Below, piece by piece: positions 61,188 to 64,000 of a DNA stretch of 64,000 nt (positions are counted from its first letter, which is position 1; the number at the start of each line of letters is the position of its first letter). Where the stretch lies: the NCBI RefSeq assembly GCF_036588685.1, contig NC_086385.1, positions 62,643,216-62,707,215 on the forward strand, written 5' to 3'. The DNA is from Mytilus trossulus. Its lineage: Eukaryota. The notes beneath the pieces are model-generated. The model was not told the origin of the DNA. It ran no database searches and saw nothing but the letters and a program-made list of their open reading frames with translations. The translations under genes were made by a program, and so were the position numbers.

Positions 61188-64000
61188 ACAATTGTGTTAG
61201 TTGACTGCTGACTACAAGGGTGTAAGTAATGTGCTGATTACAATTGTGTTAGTTAAGTGCTGATTACAAGTGTGATAGTTGAGTGCCGATTACAAATGTG
61301 TTAGTTAAGTGCTGATAACAAGTGTGACAGTTGAGTGCCGTCTACAATTGTGTTAGTTAAGTGCTGATTACAAGTGTGACAGTTGAGTGCCGATAACAAG
61401 TATGTTAGTTAAGTGCTTATTACAAGTGTGTTAGTTAAGTGCTGATTGCAAGTGTATTAGTTAAGTGCTGATAACAAGTGTGATAGTTGAGTGCCGATTA
61501 CAAGTAAAAATGTTAAGTGTTGATAACAAGTGTGTTTGTTAAGAGCTGAAAAGAAGTGTGTTATTTAAGTGCTGAATATAAGTATGCAAGTTAAGTGCTG
61601 ATTACAAGTGTGTTAGTTAAGACCCGATAACAAGAGTGGTAGTTAAGTGCTGATAACAAGTGTGTTCTTTATGCACTGATTACAAGTGTGTAACTGAAGT
61701 GCCGATTACAATTGTGTTATTTAATACCGATTACACGTGTGTTAGATAAGTGCTGATCAAAATGTGTTAGTTGAGTGGTGATTACAAGTGTGTTAGTTGA
61801 AATGTGATAACAAGTGTGTTAGTTGAGTACTTATAACAAGTGCACAGGCTAAGTGCTGATTACAAAAGTGTTAGTTAAGTTCTGATGACAAGTGTGTTAG
61901 TTGAGTGCGTGTTAGTTATGTGCCGATTACAAGAGTGTTAGTGTGTATGCTATTTGCTGATGACAATTTTGCTAGTTTACTGCCGATGACAGGTGTGTTA
62001 GTGTGTTAGGTAAGTGCTGATTACAAGTGTGTTAGTTAAGTTCTGATGACAAGTGTGTTAGTTAAGTGCGTGTAAGTTATGTGCCGATTACAAGAGTGTT
62101 AGTGTGTATGTTATGTGCTGATGACAATTTTGTTAGTTAATTGCCGATTACAAGTGTGAAAGTGTGTTAGGTAAGTGCTAATGACAAATTTGTTAGTTAA
62201 GTGCTTGTTTTTTATATGCCGATAAAAAGTGTGTTACTGTGTAAGTTAAGTGCTGATTACAAGTGTGTAAGGTAAGTGCTGATCACATGTGTGTTAGTTA
62301 AGTGTTGATGACAAGTGTGTTAGTTAAGTGCTGGTGACAAGTTTGTTAGTAAAGTGCATGTTTGTTATGTGCCGATTACAACTGTGTTAGTGTGTTAGTT
62401 AAGTGCTGATGACAAGTGTGTTAGTTAAGTGCTGATGACAAGTCTGTTAGTTAAGTGCTGATGACAAGTTTGTTAGTTAAGCGCATGTTTATTATGTACC
62501 GACAACAAGTGTGTTAGTGTGTTAGTTAAGTGCTGATGACACGTTTGTTAGTTAAGTGCTGATGACAATAAAAAAAAGAAGATGTGGTATGATTTCCAAT
62601 GAGACAACTATCCACAAAAGATCAAAATGACACAAACATTAACAATTATAGGTCACCGTACGGCCTTCAACAATGAGCAAAGCCCATACCGCATATAGTC
62701 AGCTATAAAAGACCCTGATAAGACAATGTAAAACAATTCAAACGAGAAAACAAACGGCCTTATTTATGTAAAAAAATGAACGAAAAACAAATATATAACA
62801 CATAAACATACGACAACCACTGAATTACAGGCTCCTGACTTGGGACAGGCACATACATAAATAATGTGGCGGGGTTATACATGTTAGCGGGATCCCAACC
62901 CGCTCCTAACCTGGAAAAGTGGTATAACAGTACAATATAAGAACGAACTATAAGAATCAGTTGAAAAATGCTTAACTCATCAGATAGACAAAAAATACAA
63001 GTGGACGTGGCCGGGTACTTATACATCCCGACACAAAAAATCACAATGAACACGCAGTTATCTGACAGCTAGTTCAAAGTCATTAACAACTAATAAAAAA
63101 ATCATGCCTCTATTAGACTAAGCAATCAATCCGTACACATCCAACATACAACGGATTTAGTGTAAAGACGTCATAAACAGCCAGAGAAAAACATGACCTT
63201 TTGCAATGCCAAGTTACAGGTATCGACAGATTGTAGATCCATGAAAATGTATATGTTGTTAGTGATGAGCATGTTTGTTGTGTGCCGATTCCAAGTGTGT
63301 AAGTGTGTTAGTTAAGTGATGATTGCAAGTCTGTTAGTAAAGTGCTGATGACAAGTTTGTTAGTTAAGTGCATGTTTGTTATGTGCCGATTACAATTGTG
63401 TTAGTGTGTAAGTTAAGTGCTGATGACAAGTGTGAAAATAAAGGGCTGATGACAAGTTTGTTAGCCAAAAGCTGATAACAAGTGTGTTGGTTAAGTGCTG
63501 ATGACAAGTCTGTTAATTAAGTGCTGATGACAAGTGTGTAAATAAAGTGCTGATGACAAGTGTGTTAGTTAAGTGCTGATGACAAGTTTGTTAGTTAAGT
63601 ACATGTTTGTTATGTGCCGATTACCAGTATGTTAGTGTGTTAGTAAAGTGCTGATTGCAAGTGTGTTAGTTCAGTGCTGATGACAAGTTTGTTAGTTCAG
63701 TGCTGATGACAAGTCTGTTAGTTAAGTGTATGTTTGTTATGTGCCGTTTTCAATTGTGTTAGTGTGTAAGTTAAGTGCTGATGACAAGTGTGTAAATAAA
63801 GGGATGATGACAAGTTTGTTAGCCAAGTGCTGATTACAAGTGTGTTGGTTTAGTGCTGAAGACAAGTTTGTTAGTGAAGTGCTGATGACAAGTGTGTTAG
63901 TTAAGTGCTGATTACAAGTGTGTTAGTTCAGTGATGATTACAAGTGTGTAAGTTAAGTGCTGATGACAAGTTTGTTAGTAAAGTGCTGATGATAAGTTTG
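61188..64000. repeat. ~26-bp satellite, copy B, with interspersed repeat at 62568-63250
   Basis: Same unit and the same insertion site as in copy A. Confidence 0.9.

Overview
AT-rich animal genomic DNA. The repeat families and gene content suggest a bivalve, probably Mytilus-like; this is inference. Host genes: two tandem B-box/coiled-coil/beta-propeller (RING-less TRIM-like) paralogues, one intact and one broken by a single 13-nt frameshift, plus an innexin whose probable 8-nt first coding exon lies about 11 kb upstream of the main exon. Mobile DNA: (1) a full-length but decayed BEL/Pao LTR retrotransposon (16781-24244, minus strand, TATAT TSD); (2) a full-length L1/Tx1-clade LINE with intact ORF1 and ORF2, a 14-bp TSD and an unexplained 231-aa third ORF, lying in the innexin intron; (3) a foldback element carrying an internal ~178-bp satellite; (4) a deleted Tc1 element, several MITEs and SINE-like repeats; (5) two families of type I hammerhead-ribozyme (retrozyme/Penelope-like) repeats. 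The right third is a ~9.5-kb tandem duplication in which a single 36-bp sequence has expanded to 62 copies in one copy only. The most notable observation is that the BEL/Pao element has no tRNA-type PBS. Instead, the 12 nt after its 5' LTR are perfectly complementary to the predicted 5' end of its own transcript, which predicts Tf1-like self-primed reverse transcription.
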